From: Polyangiaceae bacterium
GTDB lineage: Bacteria; Myxococcota_A; Polyangia; Polyangiales; Polyangiaceae
Direction: 5' to 3'
DNA length: 64,000 nucleotides
Assembly: GCA_044222475.1 (NCBI GenBank)
Contig: JBGANF010000004.1
Location: forward strand, 78,794-142,793
Positions 10,659-20,938 of the stretch are shown here, piece after piece (position 1 is the first letter of the stretch; each line of letters starts with the position of its first letter). The translations under genes were made by a program, and so were the position numbers. The notes beneath the pieces are model-generated. The model was not told the DNA's origin. It saw only the letters and a list, made by a program, of their open reading frames with translations, and did not search any database.

Positions 10659-11836
10659 GAGCGGCCGGGATCGCGTCGATCCTCCTGTCGCTCCCGATCG
10701 CGCTCCCGAGCGCCTACCTCGGCGCGCTGACGCTCTTCGCCAAGGCCCACCCCACGCCGGATCCGCGGCCGACCCCGACGACGCGCTTCCGCTTCGTGGT
10801 CCCCGCCCACGACGAAGAGCAAGGGATCACCGCGACGGTCGAGAGCTTGCTCGCCGTCGACTACCCGCGCGACCTCTTCGAGGTCGTCGTCGTCGCCGAC
10901 AACTGCAGCGACGCCACCGCCGATCGAGCGAGGTCCGCAGGGGCGCGCGTCATCGAGCGGCAGGATCGTACCAAAAAGGGAAAGGGCTACGCCCTCGAGC
11001 GCGCCTTCGACGTGCTGCTCGACGAAGGCGGGGTCGACGCGGTGGTCGTCGTCGACGCCGACACGTCGGTCTCGCCGAACCTCCTCCGCGCGTTCGACCT
11101 CCGCGTCGCGACCGGAGAGGTCGCGATGCAGGCGGAGTACGGCGTGCGCAACGCGGAGGCGTCGTGGCGAACCCGACTCATGACCGTCGCGTTCTCGATC
11201 TTCCACGGGTTGCGGGGCAACGCGCGCGAGCGGCTGGGGCTCTCGGCCGGCCTCCGCGGAAACGGCATGGCGTTCACCACGCGCGCTCTCCGTGACGTGC
11301 CGCACCAGGCGTACTCCCTCGTCGAGGACGTCGAGTACGGGATCCGCCTCGGCCGCGCCGGCCACCGGGTGGCGCACGTCCACGAGGCGCGCGTCTTCGG
11401 CGACATGGTCGCCGGTGAGCAGGCGTCGCGCTCGCAGCGCAAGCGATGGGAGGACGGTCGCAAAAAGCTCCGCGAGGAGCACGCGCTGCCGCTCCTCCGC
11501 GAGGCCATCGAGAAGCGCAGCCTGCTGCTCTTCGATCTCGCGGCCGATCTGTTGGTGCCGCCGCTGTCGACGCTCGCGGTGGGCGCGGCGGCGGGGCTCG
11601 CCGCGTCGTCGGCGTACTTCGTCCTGCGGCCGAGCCGAGGGCTCGTCGTCGTGATGCCGTGGGCGCTCTCGGCAGCGGCGCTCGCGGCGTACGTCGGGCG
11701 CGGGACTCTCCTCGGACCGGCGGGCGCGCGCGGGCTCCTCGACCTCGCGTACGCGCCGGCGTACGTCGCGTGGAAGGCCCTGTTTCGCAGCCAAGCGACG
11801 GCCGACGAGTGGGTCAGGACCGAGCGGGGCAAATGA
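10655..11836 (+). CDS. GT2 glycosyltransferase (EpsU-like)
   Basis: VPAHDE, ADNCSD, DAD, VED, QRKRW motifs. Confidence 0.88.
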   Translation: MRAAGIASILLSLPIALPSAYLGALTLFAKAHPTPDPRPTPTTRFRFVVPAHDEEQGITATVESLLAVDYPRDLFEVVVVADNCSDATADRARSAGARVIERQDRTKKGKGYALERAFDVLLDEGGVDAVVVVDADTSVSPNLLRAFDLRVATGEVAMQAEYGVRNAEASWRTRLMTVAFSIFHGLRGNARERLGLSAGLRGNGMAFTTRALRDVPHQAYSLVEDVEYGIRLGRAGHRVAHVHEARVFGDMVAGEQASRSQRKRWEDGRKKLREEHALPLLREAIEKRSLLLFDLAADLLVPPLSTLAVGAAAGLAASSAYFVLRPSRGLVVVMPWALSAAALAAYVGRGTLLGPAGARGLLDLAYAPAYVAWKALFRSQATADEWVRTERGK

Positions 11837-11860
11837 CCGTGCTATGAATGGCGGCGATCC

Positions 11861-12412
11861 ATGTCCACGAGCACGCCCCCTCCGCCCGGAGCACAGCAGG
11901 CCAAGACGCCCAGCTTGGCGCCCAAGGCCTCGTGGCGCCCGAGCTCGCGCCCGAACGGACCGTCGAGCCAGATCGACTGGCAGCGCCTCTGGATCCAGCT
12001 TCAAAAGCGGACGTGGCAGACGCTCGGGATCCTCGGCGCGAGCGCGGGCATGAAGAGCTCACCGATGGAGGTCGCCAGCATCCTCGCCGACGTGGGCTGG
12101 CAGCACCTCGGCCAACCGATCCAGACGCTCGACCTTCGCGAGACGCCGCTCAACCTCGTGGAGACGCGGCTCGGGGAGCTTCGGAAGGCCAAGGATCGCG
12201 GCGAACGGGTGTTCGTCGTCCTTTCGCCGACGGTGGACAACCCCTCGACCGTCGCCATCGCCCCTCAGGTCGACGCACTCGTTCTCTGCCTCGTCCTCGG
12301 CATCACTCCGTTGAAGGACGCGCAGAAGACGGTCGAAGAGCTCGGTCACGATCGCTTCCTCGGTAGCGTCGTGCTCAAGAACGCCGTTCGACCGAAGACG
12401 AAGAAGAAATGA
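11861..12412 (+). CDS. BY-kinase-like (Wze-type) pseudokinase
   Basis: C-terminal DALVL..GIT..FLGSVV as in CpsD/CapB; no Walker A GKS/T; EPS context. Confidence 0.55.
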   Translation: MSTSTPPPPGAQQAKTPSLAPKASWRPSSRPNGPSSQIDWQRLWIQLQKRTWQTLGILGASAGMKSSPMEVASILADVGWQHLGQPIQTLDLRETPLNLVETRLGELRKAKDRGERVFVVLSPTVDNPSTVAIAPQVDALVLCLVLGITPLKDAQKTVEELGHDRFLGSVVLKNAVRPKTKKK

Positions 12413-14550
12413 GACGACTCGGTCTCTTGCTCCTCGCAGCGCTCGTCCCGCTTGCGATCGGCTGCCCCAAGGCGCAATCGCACTCGACCAAAGCCGACGG
12501 CACCGAGCAGGTGACCGGGCCCCGCGCGCCCGGCGGGTTCGTCGTCGCGGAGGCGATCTACGACGGCGGCTTCAAGAACGGCTGGCAGGACTGGGGGTGG
12601 ACCAAGCGAGACTTCGACGCAGGCGCCGCGAAGCTCTCCTTCGCGAACTACGGGGGATGGATCCTCGCGAAGCCCGGGCTCTCCGGATCGTGGGGCGGCA
12701 TCACGTTCCGCTACCGCGCGCCGACCTCGCTCGGCGACTTCCTCGAAGTCCGAGTCGAGTCCGCCCAGAAGGATCACCTGCCGCAGGTCCGGGTCACGAC
12801 GAAGCACAAGGCGGCCGTCGAAGACGGCTGGACCGAAGTCTTCATCCCGATCGCCGAGCTCGCTCCCGAGGACGCCGCGTTCGACCGCATCGTCATTCGC
12901 GCGCCGATCGCGATCGCTTCGGACACCGTCGAGATCGACAAGATCGGGCTCACGACCGGGACCGACGCCGGGGCGAAGCCCGTCGCGACGAAAGCGGTCG
13001 CGCTCTCGGTCGATTGCCGCGGCAAGGTCTCGCCGATCAGCCCGCTGATCTACGGCATCGCGTACGACTTCATGGGCGACGCGAAGCAGACGCACCAGCA
13101 CACCGTCGGTGCCACGACGCGGCGCTGGGGCGGAAACGCCTCCACGCGCTACAACTGGGAGCACGGACACGCCTGGAACACCGCGAACGATTGGTACTTC
13201 GAGAACGTCGACTACTCCGGTGATCCGACGTTCTCGTACAAGAGCTTCCTCGTCGCCAACCTCGACAAGGGCTACGCCACCGCGTTGACCGTACCGATCA
13301 TCGGGTGGGTCGCGAAGGACACCGTCGCGAACGGCTTCCCGACGGACGTCTTCCCGAAGCAACAAGCCTCCGACCCCGGCGGTCGAGCGGCCGGCAACGG
13401 CAAAGGCGCGGACGGCAAGGAGCTCACGCCGCTCGCGCCGTCGCAGACCAGCATGCCGGCTCCGCCCGAGTTCATCGGTCGATGGGTCGAAGCCATCAAG
13501 AAGCTCGACGCCGAGAAGGGCAAGCGCTCGGTTGCGATCTACATCCTCGACAACGAGCCGGCGCTCTGGAACTCGACCCATCGCGACGTCCACCCTCAAG
13601 CCGTCGGCTACGACGAGCTGCTCGACCGCACGATCCGCTACGGCGCCGCGATCCGAAAGGCCGATCCCGACGCGAAGATCGCGGGGCCGGCCGAGTGGGG
13701 CTGGCCGGCGTACTCGTACTCCGCGAAGGATGCCCTCGCCGGCTTCAGCGTCCACCCCGATCGCCTGATCCACGGCAACAAGCCGCTCCTCGCCTGGTAC
13801 CTCGAGAAGCTCAAGGAGTACGAGACCAAGACGAAGACGCGGATCCTCGATCTGCTCGACGTCCACTTTTATCCGCAGGGGACGAACGTCTACGGTGAAG
13901 CCGCCGACGGTCCAACCGCCGCGCTCCGCGTCCGTTCGGCGCGCGCGCTCTGGGACCCGACCTACAAGGACGAGTCGTGGATCGACGAGCCCGTGAGGCT
14001 CCTCCCGCGACTTCACGAGTGGATCGACCAGAACTACCCGGGCCGCGGGATCCAAATCGGCGAGTGGAGCTTCGGCGGCGAGTCGCACGTGTCGGGCGGC
14101 GTCGCCGTCGCGGAGGCGCTCGGCCGGTTCGCGCAGAACGACGTCACGTCCGCGTACTACTGGGTGTACCCGAAGGACGCGTCGCCCGCGTACTGGGCGT
14201 TCCGGATGTACCGCAACTTCGACGGCAAAGGCGGGCACTTCCAAGATCTCAACGTGCCGACCACCGGACCGAGCGCGACCAACCAGGTGTCGCTCTTCGC
14301 GTCGATCGACGCTGCGCGGAAGAAGCTCGTGCTCGTCGCGATCAACCTCGGCAAAGATCAGAACGTCGACGCGACCATCGATCTCGGCGCGTGTGGCGCC
14401 GCCGCGACGCGGCGCACGTACGCGTACACCGGACAGTCGACCGGACCGCAAGCCAGCGCCGAGATCAAGTCCGAGGGCTCGAAGGTGATCCAGAACATGC
14501 CGCCGTGGAGCATCACCGTCCTCGACGTCGATCTGGAGCCACCGAAGTGA
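12409..14550 (+). CDS. GH44 glycoside hydrolase lipoprotein (EpsB-like)
   Basis: Lipobox AIGC; ISPLIYG, RWGGN..RYNW, LDNEPALW, IGEW. Confidence 0.85.
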   Translation: MRRLGLLLLAALVPLAIGCPKAQSHSTKADGTEQVTGPRAPGGFVVAEAIYDGGFKNGWQDWGWTKRDFDAGAAKLSFANYGGWILAKPGLSGSWGGITFRYRAPTSLGDFLEVRVESAQKDHLPQVRVTTKHKAAVEDGWTEVFIPIAELAPEDAAFDRIVIRAPIAIASDTVEIDKIGLTTGTDAGAKPVATKAVALSVDCRGKVSPISPLIYGIAYDFMGDAKQTHQHTVGATTRRWGGNASTRYNWEHGHAWNTANDWYFENVDYSGDPTFSYKSFLVANLDKGYATALTVPIIGWVAKDTVANGFPTDVFPKQQASDPGGRAAGNGKGADGKELTPLAPSQTSMPAPPEFIGRWVEAIKKLDAEKGKRSVAIYILDNEPALWNSTHRDVHPQAVGYDELLDRTIRYGAAIRKADPDAKIAGPAEWGWPAYSYSAKDALAGFSVHPDRLIHGNKPLLAWYLEKLKEYETKTKTRILDLLDVHFYPQGTNVYGEAADGPTAALRVRSARALWDPTYKDESWIDEPVRLLPRLHEWIDQNYPGRGIQIGEWSFGGESHVSGGVAVAEALGRFAQNDVTSAYYWVYPKDASPAYWAFRMYRNFDGKGGHFQDLNVPTTGPSATNQVSLFASIDAARKKLVLVAINLGKDQNVDATIDLGACGAAATRRTYAYTGQSTGPQASAEIKSEGSKVIQNMPPWSITVLDVDLEPPK

Positions 14551-15305
14551 CCCGGGCGTTCTTCGGCCGCGTCCCGGTCGATCCGCTCACCCTGGAGGAC
14601 GCCGTCGACGCCATCGTCGATCTGGTTCGCGCGGGCCGGGGCGGCTACGTCGTCACGCCCAACGTCGACCACGTCGTCCTCGCCGAGACGGACGTCGCGT
14701 TTCGACACGCCTACGTCGAGTCGGCGCTGTCGCTCGCCGACGGGATGCCGGTGGTCTGGGCGTCGCGTGTGCTCGGCGCGCCCTTGCCGGCGAAGGTGTC
14801 GGGCTCCGATGTAGCCGGGCCCCTCCTCGAGCGCGCCGCCAAGGAGCGGCTGCGCCTCTACCTGCTCGGAGGCGGTCCCGGGGCGGCCGAGCGCGCAGCG
14901 AAGACGATCGCGGAACGCTGGCCCGGCGTCACGATCGCCGGGACGAGCGCTCCGCTCGTCCGCGCCGACGCGCCGCGCTCCGAGCTCCTCGCGCTGGCCG
15001 CTCCGGTGATCGACGCCAAGCCCGACCTCGTCTTCGTGTGCCTCGGCGCGCCGAAGCAGGAGGTCCTGATGCACGCCGTCCATCGCGAGCTCGCGCCGGC
15101 CGTGCTCCTCGGCTTCGGTGCGGTCGTGGATTTCCTGGCTGGCAACGTGACGCGCGCGCCGCGGTGGATGTCGGAGAACGGCCTCGAGTGGGCGTACCGG
15201 CTGGGCAAGGAGCCGAGGCGGATGTGGCGTCGCTACCTCCTCCGCGATCCGAAGTTCGCGTGGATCGTCGCACGCGACGCGCTGCTCCGATCGCGCTCGC
15301 GATGA
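14547..15305 (+). CDS. WecB/TagA/CpsF glycosyltransferase (EpsA-like)
   Basis: TPNVDH, ADGMP, VSGSD, LGAPKQE, RAPRW..GLEWAYRL; GTGA overlap with upstream stop. Confidence 0.9.
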   Translation: MTRAFFGRVPVDPLTLEDAVDAIVDLVRAGRGGYVVTPNVDHVVLAETDVAFRHAYVESALSLADGMPVVWASRVLGAPLPAKVSGSDVAGPLLERAAKERLRLYLLGGGPGAAERAAKTIAERWPGVTIAGTSAPLVRADAPRSELLALAAPVIDAKPDLVFVCLGAPKQEVLMHAVHRELAPAVLLGFGAVVDFLAGNVTRAPRWMSENGLEWAYRLGKEPRRMWRRYLLRDPKFAWIVARDALLRSRSR

Positions 15306-15321
15306 TCGCACCCAGTTGGAG

Positions 15322-16275
15322 TCATCCGTCGCTCGCGACCTCGACGCGGTTCCTCCCCCGCTCCTTCGCGACGTAGAGCGCCCGGTCCGCGCGGCGCAGA
15401 CAATCGTCGGCCGTCGAGTCGCGCTCCGCGTCGAGGAGCGCGATGCCGAAGCTGACGGTGAGCGGCTCGCCCTCCACCCCGCCGATGCCGAGGTCGCGGA
15501 TCGCGAGCCTCACGCGGTTCATCGCGCTCGCCGCGTCCGACAACGTCTGCTCGGGCAAGACGACGACGAACTCCTCGCCGCCATAGCGAAAGAGGCCGTC
15601 GCCCTCGCGGAGCTGACCGCGGATCGCGCTCGCGACCTGCTGGAGCGCGGCGTCGCCCTCGAGGTGACCGCGGCGATCGTTGTACTGCTTGAAGAAGTCG
15701 ATGTCGCCGATCGCGAGCGCCAGGCGATGATCGTAGCGCTTCGCGCGCGCCCACAGCGCGCGGAGCTGCTCGTCCATCGCGAGCCGGTTTCCGATCTGAG
15801 TCAACGGATCGACCCGCGCGATTCGGAACGAGCGCTGACTGTCGCTTCGAAGCATCGCGTTCTTCTCGGAGAGCCGGCGGTGAAGCCCGACGACTCGCGC
15901 CGCCGACACCAGTCGCGCGCCGAGCTCGTCGAGCTCGACGGGCTTCGTCTGGTAATCGTCGGCGCCGGCTTCCATCCCGATCACGAAGTGTTGCTTGTCG
16001 GAGAAGCTCGTCATGAGGATGAAGTACGTGTACGAGCCGGCGTCTTCCGCGCGGATCCTCCGGAGCAGCTCGATCCCGTCCATGCGCGGCATCTGCCAGT
16101 CGCACAGGATGACGTCGGCCGGCGCATGGCGGTGGATGTCCCACGCCTCGAGCCCGTCGGTCGCGCTCCGGCACGTGTACCCGAGGAACGCCACGGCTGC
16201 AGACACGGCTTCACGGGCCGCAGGGTCGTCATCCACCACCAGCACGTTGATCGGGACCGAGGGGGCGTTGGCCAC
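15322..16275 (-). CDS. REC-GGDEF diguanylate cyclase response regulator
   Basis: VVDDD..CDWQMP receiver; DIDFFKQYND; RYGGEEF; RxxD I-site (REGD); GTG start picked. Confidence 0.9.
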   Translation of the reverse strand: MANAPSVPINVLVVDDDPAAREAVSAAVAFLGYTCRSATDGLEAWDIHRHAPADVILCDWQMPRMDGIELLRRIRAEDAGSYTYFILMTSFSDKQHFVIGMEAGADDYQTKPVELDELGARLVSAARVVGLHRRLSEKNAMLRSDSQRSFRIARVDPLTQIGNRLAMDEQLRALWARAKRYDHRLALAIGDIDFFKQYNDRRGHLEGDAALQQVASAIRGQLREGDGLFRYGGEEFVVVLPEQTLSDAASAMNRVRLAIRDLGIGGVEGEPLTVSFGIALLDAERDSTADDCLRRADRALYVAKERGRNRVEVASDG

Positions 16276-16289
16276 GAAGGATCCTTCGA

Positions 16290-16305
16290 AGCACGATTCG
16301 TTCCA
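16290..16305 (-). promoter_or_regulatory. sigma54 -24/-12 promoter for the diguanylate cyclase
   Basis: Minus strand TGGAACGAATCGTGCT = GG-N10-GC. Confidence 0.65.
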
Positions 16306-16336
16306 GCTCGTCCTCCGAGGGCGCCCAGCAGGGGAG

Positions 16337-16351
16337 GTGCAGGGTCTGCGC
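16337..16351. promoter_or_regulatory. Putative activator palindrome GTGCA-GGGTC-TGCGC
   Basis: One mismatch to GCGCA-N5-TGCGC; centred between two divergent sigma54 promoters. Confidence 0.6.
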
Positions 16352-16380
16352 CGACGCGCAATCCGTCGAGCCAAAAACGT

Positions 16381-16396
16381 TGGCCCGGCCCGTGCA
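16381..16396 (+). promoter_or_regulatory. sigma54 promoter for ftsH
   Basis: TGGCCCGGCCCGTGCA = GG-N10-GC. Confidence 0.65.
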
Positions 16397-16409
16397 AAGG
16401 CCTGCTTTC

Positions 16410-18248
16410 ATGGCAGGTACGATGCGTGAGCGCATGCGCCCCTTTCGGGGAGCCATCATCGTCCTCTTGGTCGTACTCGTCGGGCTCTGGGCGCTCCGCG
16501 AGGCCTTGGTCCGCCCGCCGCGAGCGATCCCGTACTCCGACCTCGTGAAGGCGGTCGACGATGGGGCAGTCACCCGCGCCGATTTTCGCCCCGACGAGAT
16601 CGACGTCGTCCTCCGTGGGGACGACGTGAAGCCCAAGGAAGAGGTCGTCGTTCAGCGCGTCCCGAACGTCGACGAGCATGCGCTCGTCGACGCGATGACG
16701 AAAAAGGGAGTCGAGGTCACTGGCGTACCCGAGCGCACGTCGCTGTGGGGGCCGCTGCTGTGGGGCCTGCTGGCGCTGATCTCGTTTCCCCTCGTGCTGT
16801 GGGGTCTCAGCGGGCTCGGCGGCGCCCGCGGCCAGCCGATGACGTTCGGGCGCAGCAAGGCCCGCCTCTACGACAAGAGCGCCGAGAACAAGATGACGTT
16901 CGCCGACGTCGCCGGCGTCGACGAAGCCAAAGGCGAGCTCCTCGAGGTCGTGCGCTTTCTCCGCGAGCCGGAGCGGTACCGCGCGGTGGGCGCACACGTA
17001 CCGAAGGGAGTCCTCCTCGTCGGCGCGCCGGGGACCGGCAAGACGCTCCTCGCTCGAGCGGTCGCCGGCGAGTCCGGGGTGCCGTTCTTCTCCATGTCGG
17101 GCTCCGAGTTCGTCGAGATGTTCGTCGGCGTCGGCGCGAGCCGAGTGCGCGATCTCTTCGAGCAGGCGAAGAGCCGCGCCCCCTGCATCATCTTCATCGA
17201 CGAGCTCGACGCGGTTGGAAAGTCTCGCGCCGGACCGCAGTCGTACGTCGGCAACGACGAGCGCGAGCAGACCCTGAACCAGCTCCTCGTGGAGATGGAC
17301 GGCTTCGACGCCAGCGCCGGCCTGGTCATCATGGCGGCGACGAATCGCCCGGAGATCCTCGATCGAGCGCTGCTCCGCGCCGGGCGGTTCGATCGGCAGG
17401 TGCTCGTCGATCGCCCCGACGTCCGCGGGCGCGCGGCGATCCTCGCGGTCCACGCTCGCAAGGTCCTGCTCGGCCCCGACGTCGATCTCCAGCTCGTCGC
17501 GCAGCGGACGCCGGGCATGGTCGGCGCCGATCTCGCGAACGTGGTCAACGAGGCCGCGCTCGCGTCGGTGCGTCGCTCCGCGAAGACGGTCGAAGCGGTC
17601 GACTTCGAAGAAGCCGTCGACCGCATCCAGCTCGGCCTTCGGAAGGAAGGCCGGGTCATGACCGAGGACGACAAGCGCCGCGTCGCCTTCCACGAAGCCG
17701 GACACACGCTCGTGGCTCAGTCGATGGCCCACGCCGATCCCGTCCATCGCGTCACGATCATCCCGCGATCCATCGGCGCGCTGGGCGCGACGCTCCAACT
17801 GCCCACCGAGGAGCGCTACTTGATGACCCGCGCCGAGCTCCGCGATCGAATCTGCGTCATGCTCGGCGGCCGTGCTGCCGAGGCGGTCGCGTGCGGGGAC
17901 GTGTCGACCGGCGCGGAGGACGACCTCGAACGCGCGACCGAGCTCGCGCGCATGATGGTGTGCCGCTTCGGGATGAGCGACGCGCTCGGTCCCGTCACCC
18001 TCGCCGACGGCCCGGGAACGCGCTACCTCGGTGGAGATCTCCAGGCGCGCCGCACCAGCGACGACACGGCGCGAGCGATCGACGCCGAGGTTCGCGCCAT
18101 CGTCGGCGGAGAGCTCGATCGCGCAGCGGGCGAGCTCGCACGCCGCCGCCCCGCCCTCGACGCCATCGCGCGCGAGCTGCTCGTGAAGGAAACGCTCGAC
18201 CGCGAGGAGCTCGAAGCGATCGTACGCCAAGCCGAGCCTTCGACCTGA
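16410..18248 (+). CDS. ftsH: ATP-dependent zinc metalloprotease FtsH
   Basis: Two TMs, [24 protein letters not shown]; start could be 16410, 16422 or 16434. Confidence 0.95.
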   Translation: MAGTMRERMRPFRGAIIVLLVVLVGLWALREALVRPPRAIPYSDLVKAVDDGAVTRADFRPDEIDVVLRGDDVKPKEEVVVQRVPNVDEHALVDAMTKKGVEVTGVPERTSLWGPLLWGLLALISFPLVLWGLSGLGGARGQPMTFGRSKARLYDKSAENKMTFADVAGVDEAKGELLEVVRFLREPERYRAVGAHVPKGVLLVGAPGTGKTLLARAVAGESGVPFFSMSGSEFVEMFVGVGASRVRDLFEQAKSRAPCIIFIDELDAVGKSRAGPQSYVGNDEREQTLNQLLVEMDGFDASAGLVIMAATNRPEILDRALLRAGRFDRQVLVDRPDVRGRAAILAVHARKVLLGPDVDLQLVAQRTPGMVGADLANVVNEAALASVRRSAKTVEAVDFEEAVDRIQLGLRKEGRVMTEDDKRRVAFHEAGHTLVAQSMAHADPVHRVTIIPRSIGALGATLQLPTEERYLMTRAELRDRICVMLGGRAAEAVACGDVSTGAEDDLERATELARMMVCRFGMSDALGPVTLADGPGTRYLGGDLQARRTSDDTARAIDAEVRAIVGGELDRAAGELARRRPALDAIARELLVKETLDREELEAIVRQAEPST

Positions 18249-18250
18249 GC

Positions 18251-18284
18251 CTGCAATTTCTGCGGGCGCATGCACCGATTGCAT
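18251..18284. promoter_or_regulatory. Two GCA-N5-TGC palindromes (CTGCA-ATTTC-TGCGG; ATGCA-CCGAT-TGCAT)
   Basis: Intergenic, upstream of a sigma54 motif. Confidence 0.5.
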
Positions 18285-18304
18285 CGCTCACCACGGCGAG
18301 TCGA

Positions 18305-18320
18305 TGGCTCGGATTTCGCA
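18305..18320 (+). promoter_or_regulatory. sigma54 promoter for the pcm fusion
   Basis: TGGCTCGGATTTCGCA = GG-N10-GC; ATG 14 nt from the C. Confidence 0.65.
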
Positions 18321-18332
18321 CTGGATCCTGCC

Positions 18333-20339
18333 ATGGCCATCGACCGAGACCGCCGCCGGGCATGGATGGTCGCGCGTCACCTCGAGAGGCGCGACATCGA
18401 GAGCCCACTCGTACTGGATGCCTTTCGCACCGTACCGCGCGAAGACTTTCTCCCGCCCGAGCTCGGTGAGTTCGCATACGAAGACACGCCGCTCCCCATC
18501 GCCGAGGGCCAGACCATCTCGCAGCCGTACATCGTGGCGTTCACGGTGCAGGCGCTGGGGTTGACCGGCAAGGAGAAGGTCCTCGAGGTCGGCACTGGGT
18601 CCGGATACGCCGCCGCCATCCTGAGTCGAGTCGCTGGGGAAGTCTTCACGGTCGAGCGCATCCCTTCCCTCGCCCAGACCGCCGAGGCGAAGCTCGCGAG
18701 CCTCGGATACTCGAACGTCCACGTCACGTGTCGCGATGGCTCGCTCGGGTGGCCGGAGCACGCGCCCTACGATGCGATCGCCGTCGCCGCCGGAGGCCCC
18801 AGCGTCCCACGCGCGCTCCTCGATCAGCTCGCCATCGGGGGGCGGCTCGTCATCCCGGTGGGGCCGGAGGACACGCAGGTGCTCGTGCGCGTCACGCGCG
18901 TCGGGCAAGAGGACTTCCGCCGAGAGTCGCTCAGCGACGTCCGCTTCGTGCCGCTCATCGGCGCACAGGCGTGGTCGTCGCCGACGCAGCGCGAAGAGCA
19001 GGCGGTCGCCGCGCGAGAGCCCGTCGTGGTCACGCCGCCGGTCGCCCGACGGAGCTCGGCGCTCGGCGCGCTCGTTCGCGAGTCGTGCGAGCCCTTGAGC
19101 GACATCGAACACACCTCGATCGATGCCCTCCTCGACCGCATCGCCGACGCCAAGCTCGTGCTCCTCGGCGAGTCGACCCACGGGACCAGCGAGTTCTACC
19201 GGATGCGCGCCCGGATCACGCGCGAGCTGATCGCCCGGCGCGGTTTCCATTTCGTCGCCGTCGAGGCCGACTGGCCCGACGCCGCTCGGATCGACGATCA
19301 CGTCCAGGGCGGCCCGCGCCGGTCGAAGCTGGACTTCACGCCGTTCGCCCGCTTTCCGCGGTGGATGTGGCGCAACGACGAGGTCCACGACTTCGTCGAC
19401 TGGCTCCGCGTCCACAACGCCGCACATCCGACAGCGAAGGTCGGATTCCACGGCCTCGACCTCTACAGCTTGTTCACCTCGATCGACGCCGTGCTCGCCT
19501 ACCTCGACGAGGTCGACCCGAGCGCGGCGCGCGTCGCGCGGCACCGGTACGGCGCGCTCACGCCGTGGCAGAAGGATCCCGCCGCCTATGGCGAGGCGGT
19601 GCTCCTCGGTCGCTACGAGAGCTCGGAGGACGCGGTGGTGACCATGCTCCGCGACATGCTCGGTCGTCGCCTCGAGTACATCGAGCACGACGGTGCGAAG
19701 TTCTTCGACGCCGCCCAGAACGCCCGCGTCGTCGCCGACGCCGAGGCCTACTACCGCGCGATGTACTACGGCTCGGTCACGTCGTGGAACCTTCGCGACA
19801 GCCACATGTTCGACACGCTCCGTTCCCTCTTCTCGTTCTACGGCCCGGACGCGAAGGGGATCGTGTGGGAGCACAACTCCCACGTCGGGGACGCCACCGC
19901 CACCGAGATGAGCGCTCGCGGCGAGCACAACGTCGGACAGCTCGCGCGGCAGCACTTCGCGCGCGGCGCGTACATCATCGGGTTCGGCACCGACCACGGC
20001 ACGGTGGCAGCGGCGTCGAACTGGGGAGAGCCGATGCAGCGCATGGACGTGGTTCCCGCGCGCAGCGACAGCTACGAGCGGATCTTCCACGAGTCGGGGG
20101 TGCGGGCCTTCACCCTTCGGCTCCGCGATCCGTCGCGGGCCGCCCTGCGCGAGGAGCTCCTCTCGACGCGCCTGGAGCGGGCGATCGGGGTCGTGTACCG
20201 CCCGAAGACGGAGCTCGCGAGCCACTACTTCTATGCGTCGCTTCCGCGCCAGTTCGACGAGTACGTCTGGTTCGACGAGACCTCGGCGGTCACCCCGCTC
20301 GACGGCGCACGGAGCGACACGTACCCTTTCGGTCGGTGA
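18333..20339 (+). CDS. pcm: Protein-L-isoaspartate O-methyltransferase fused to an erythromycin-esterase-family domain
   Basis: GQTISQPY, VLEVGTGSGY, APYDAI, VRFVPL; then LGESTHGTSEFY, VEADWPD, WEHNSH, QFDEY. Confidence 0.9.
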   Translation: MAIDRDRRRAWMVARHLERRDIESPLVLDAFRTVPREDFLPPELGEFAYEDTPLPIAEGQTISQPYIVAFTVQALGLTGKEKVLEVGTGSGYAAAILSRVAGEVFTVERIPSLAQTAEAKLASLGYSNVHVTCRDGSLGWPEHAPYDAIAVAAGGPSVPRALLDQLAIGGRLVIPVGPEDTQVLVRVTRVGQEDFRRESLSDVRFVPLIGAQAWSSPTQREEQAVAAREPVVVTPPVARRSSALGALVRESCEPLSDIEHTSIDALLDRIADAKLVLLGESTHGTSEFYRMRARITRELIARRGFHFVAVEADWPDAARIDDHVQGGPRRSKLDFTPFARFPRWMWRNDEVHDFVDWLRVHNAAHPTAKVGFHGLDLYSLFTSIDAVLAYLDEVDPSAARVARHRYGALTPWQKDPAAYGEAVLLGRYESSEDAVVTMLRDMLGRRLEYIEHDGAKFFDAAQNARVVADAEAYYRAMYYGSVTSWNLRDSHMFDTLRSLFSFYGPDAKGIVWEHNSHVGDATATEMSARGEHNVGQLARQHFARGAYIIGFGTDHGTVAAASNWGEPMQRMDVVPARSDSYERIFHESGVRAFTLRLRDPSRAALREELLSTRLERAIGVVYRPKTELASHYFYASLPRQFDEYVWFDETSAVTPLDGARSDTYPFGR

Positions 20340-20347
20340 GCCCGGCG

Positions 20348-20938
20348 ATGAGCGCGAGAGTTCCGGCCGCATGCCTCGGAGCTCTCACCGTGTGGACCGC
20401 CGTCCTCGGCATCGCCCCGCGCGATCGAACGACGTGGTGGCTCGAGAGCTCGCTCCTCTTCGTCACCGTCGCGCTTGCGGTCGCCACGTACCGGAAGTTC
20501 CGCTTCAGCGATCGCGCCTACGTGCAGGCCACCGTCCTCCTCGCGCTGCACGCGGTCGGAAGTCACTACACGTACTCGGCGACGCCCATCGGTGCCATCG
20601 TCAGCCACGCCCTCGGAGCGGAGCGCAACCATTACGACCGGTTCGTCCACTTCATGTTCGGCGTGCTGATGCTCGCCCCGAACCGCGAGCTGTTCCTCGG
20701 ACGCGCGACGATCTCGATCGCTCGTCAGGTCGCGCTGGCGATCGCGCTCATCGTGGCGTGGGGCGCTCTCTACGAGATCCTGGAGTGGCTCACGGCGATC
20801 GTCGTCGACCCTGGGTCGGGCGCGGCTTACCTCGGAACCCAGGGCGACGAGTGGGATGCACAGAAAGACATGGCCTGCGCGGGCGCGGGCGCGGCGGTCG
20901 CGGGCGTGCTCGAGGCCATACGCCTGAGGCGCGCCTAG
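20348..20938 (+). CDS. DUF2238/YjdF membrane protein
   Basis: DRTTWWLE, HYTYS, RNHYDRFVHF, YEILEW, LGTQGDEWDAQKDM. Confidence 0.85.
   Translation: MSARVPAACLGALTVWTAVLGIAPRDRTTWWLESSLLFVTVALAVATYRKFRFSDRAYVQATVLLALHAVGSHYTYSATPIGAIVSHALGAERNHYDRFVHFMFGVLMLAPNRELFLGRATISIARQVALAIALIVAWGALYEILEWLTAIVVDPGSGAAYLGTQGDEWDAQKDMACAGAGAAVAGVLEAIRLRRA

Noticed and set aside
19100..20339. Erythromycin esterase as a resistance gene
   Set aside because: Pcm fusion, stress context and no mobile element; family membership does not imply resistance
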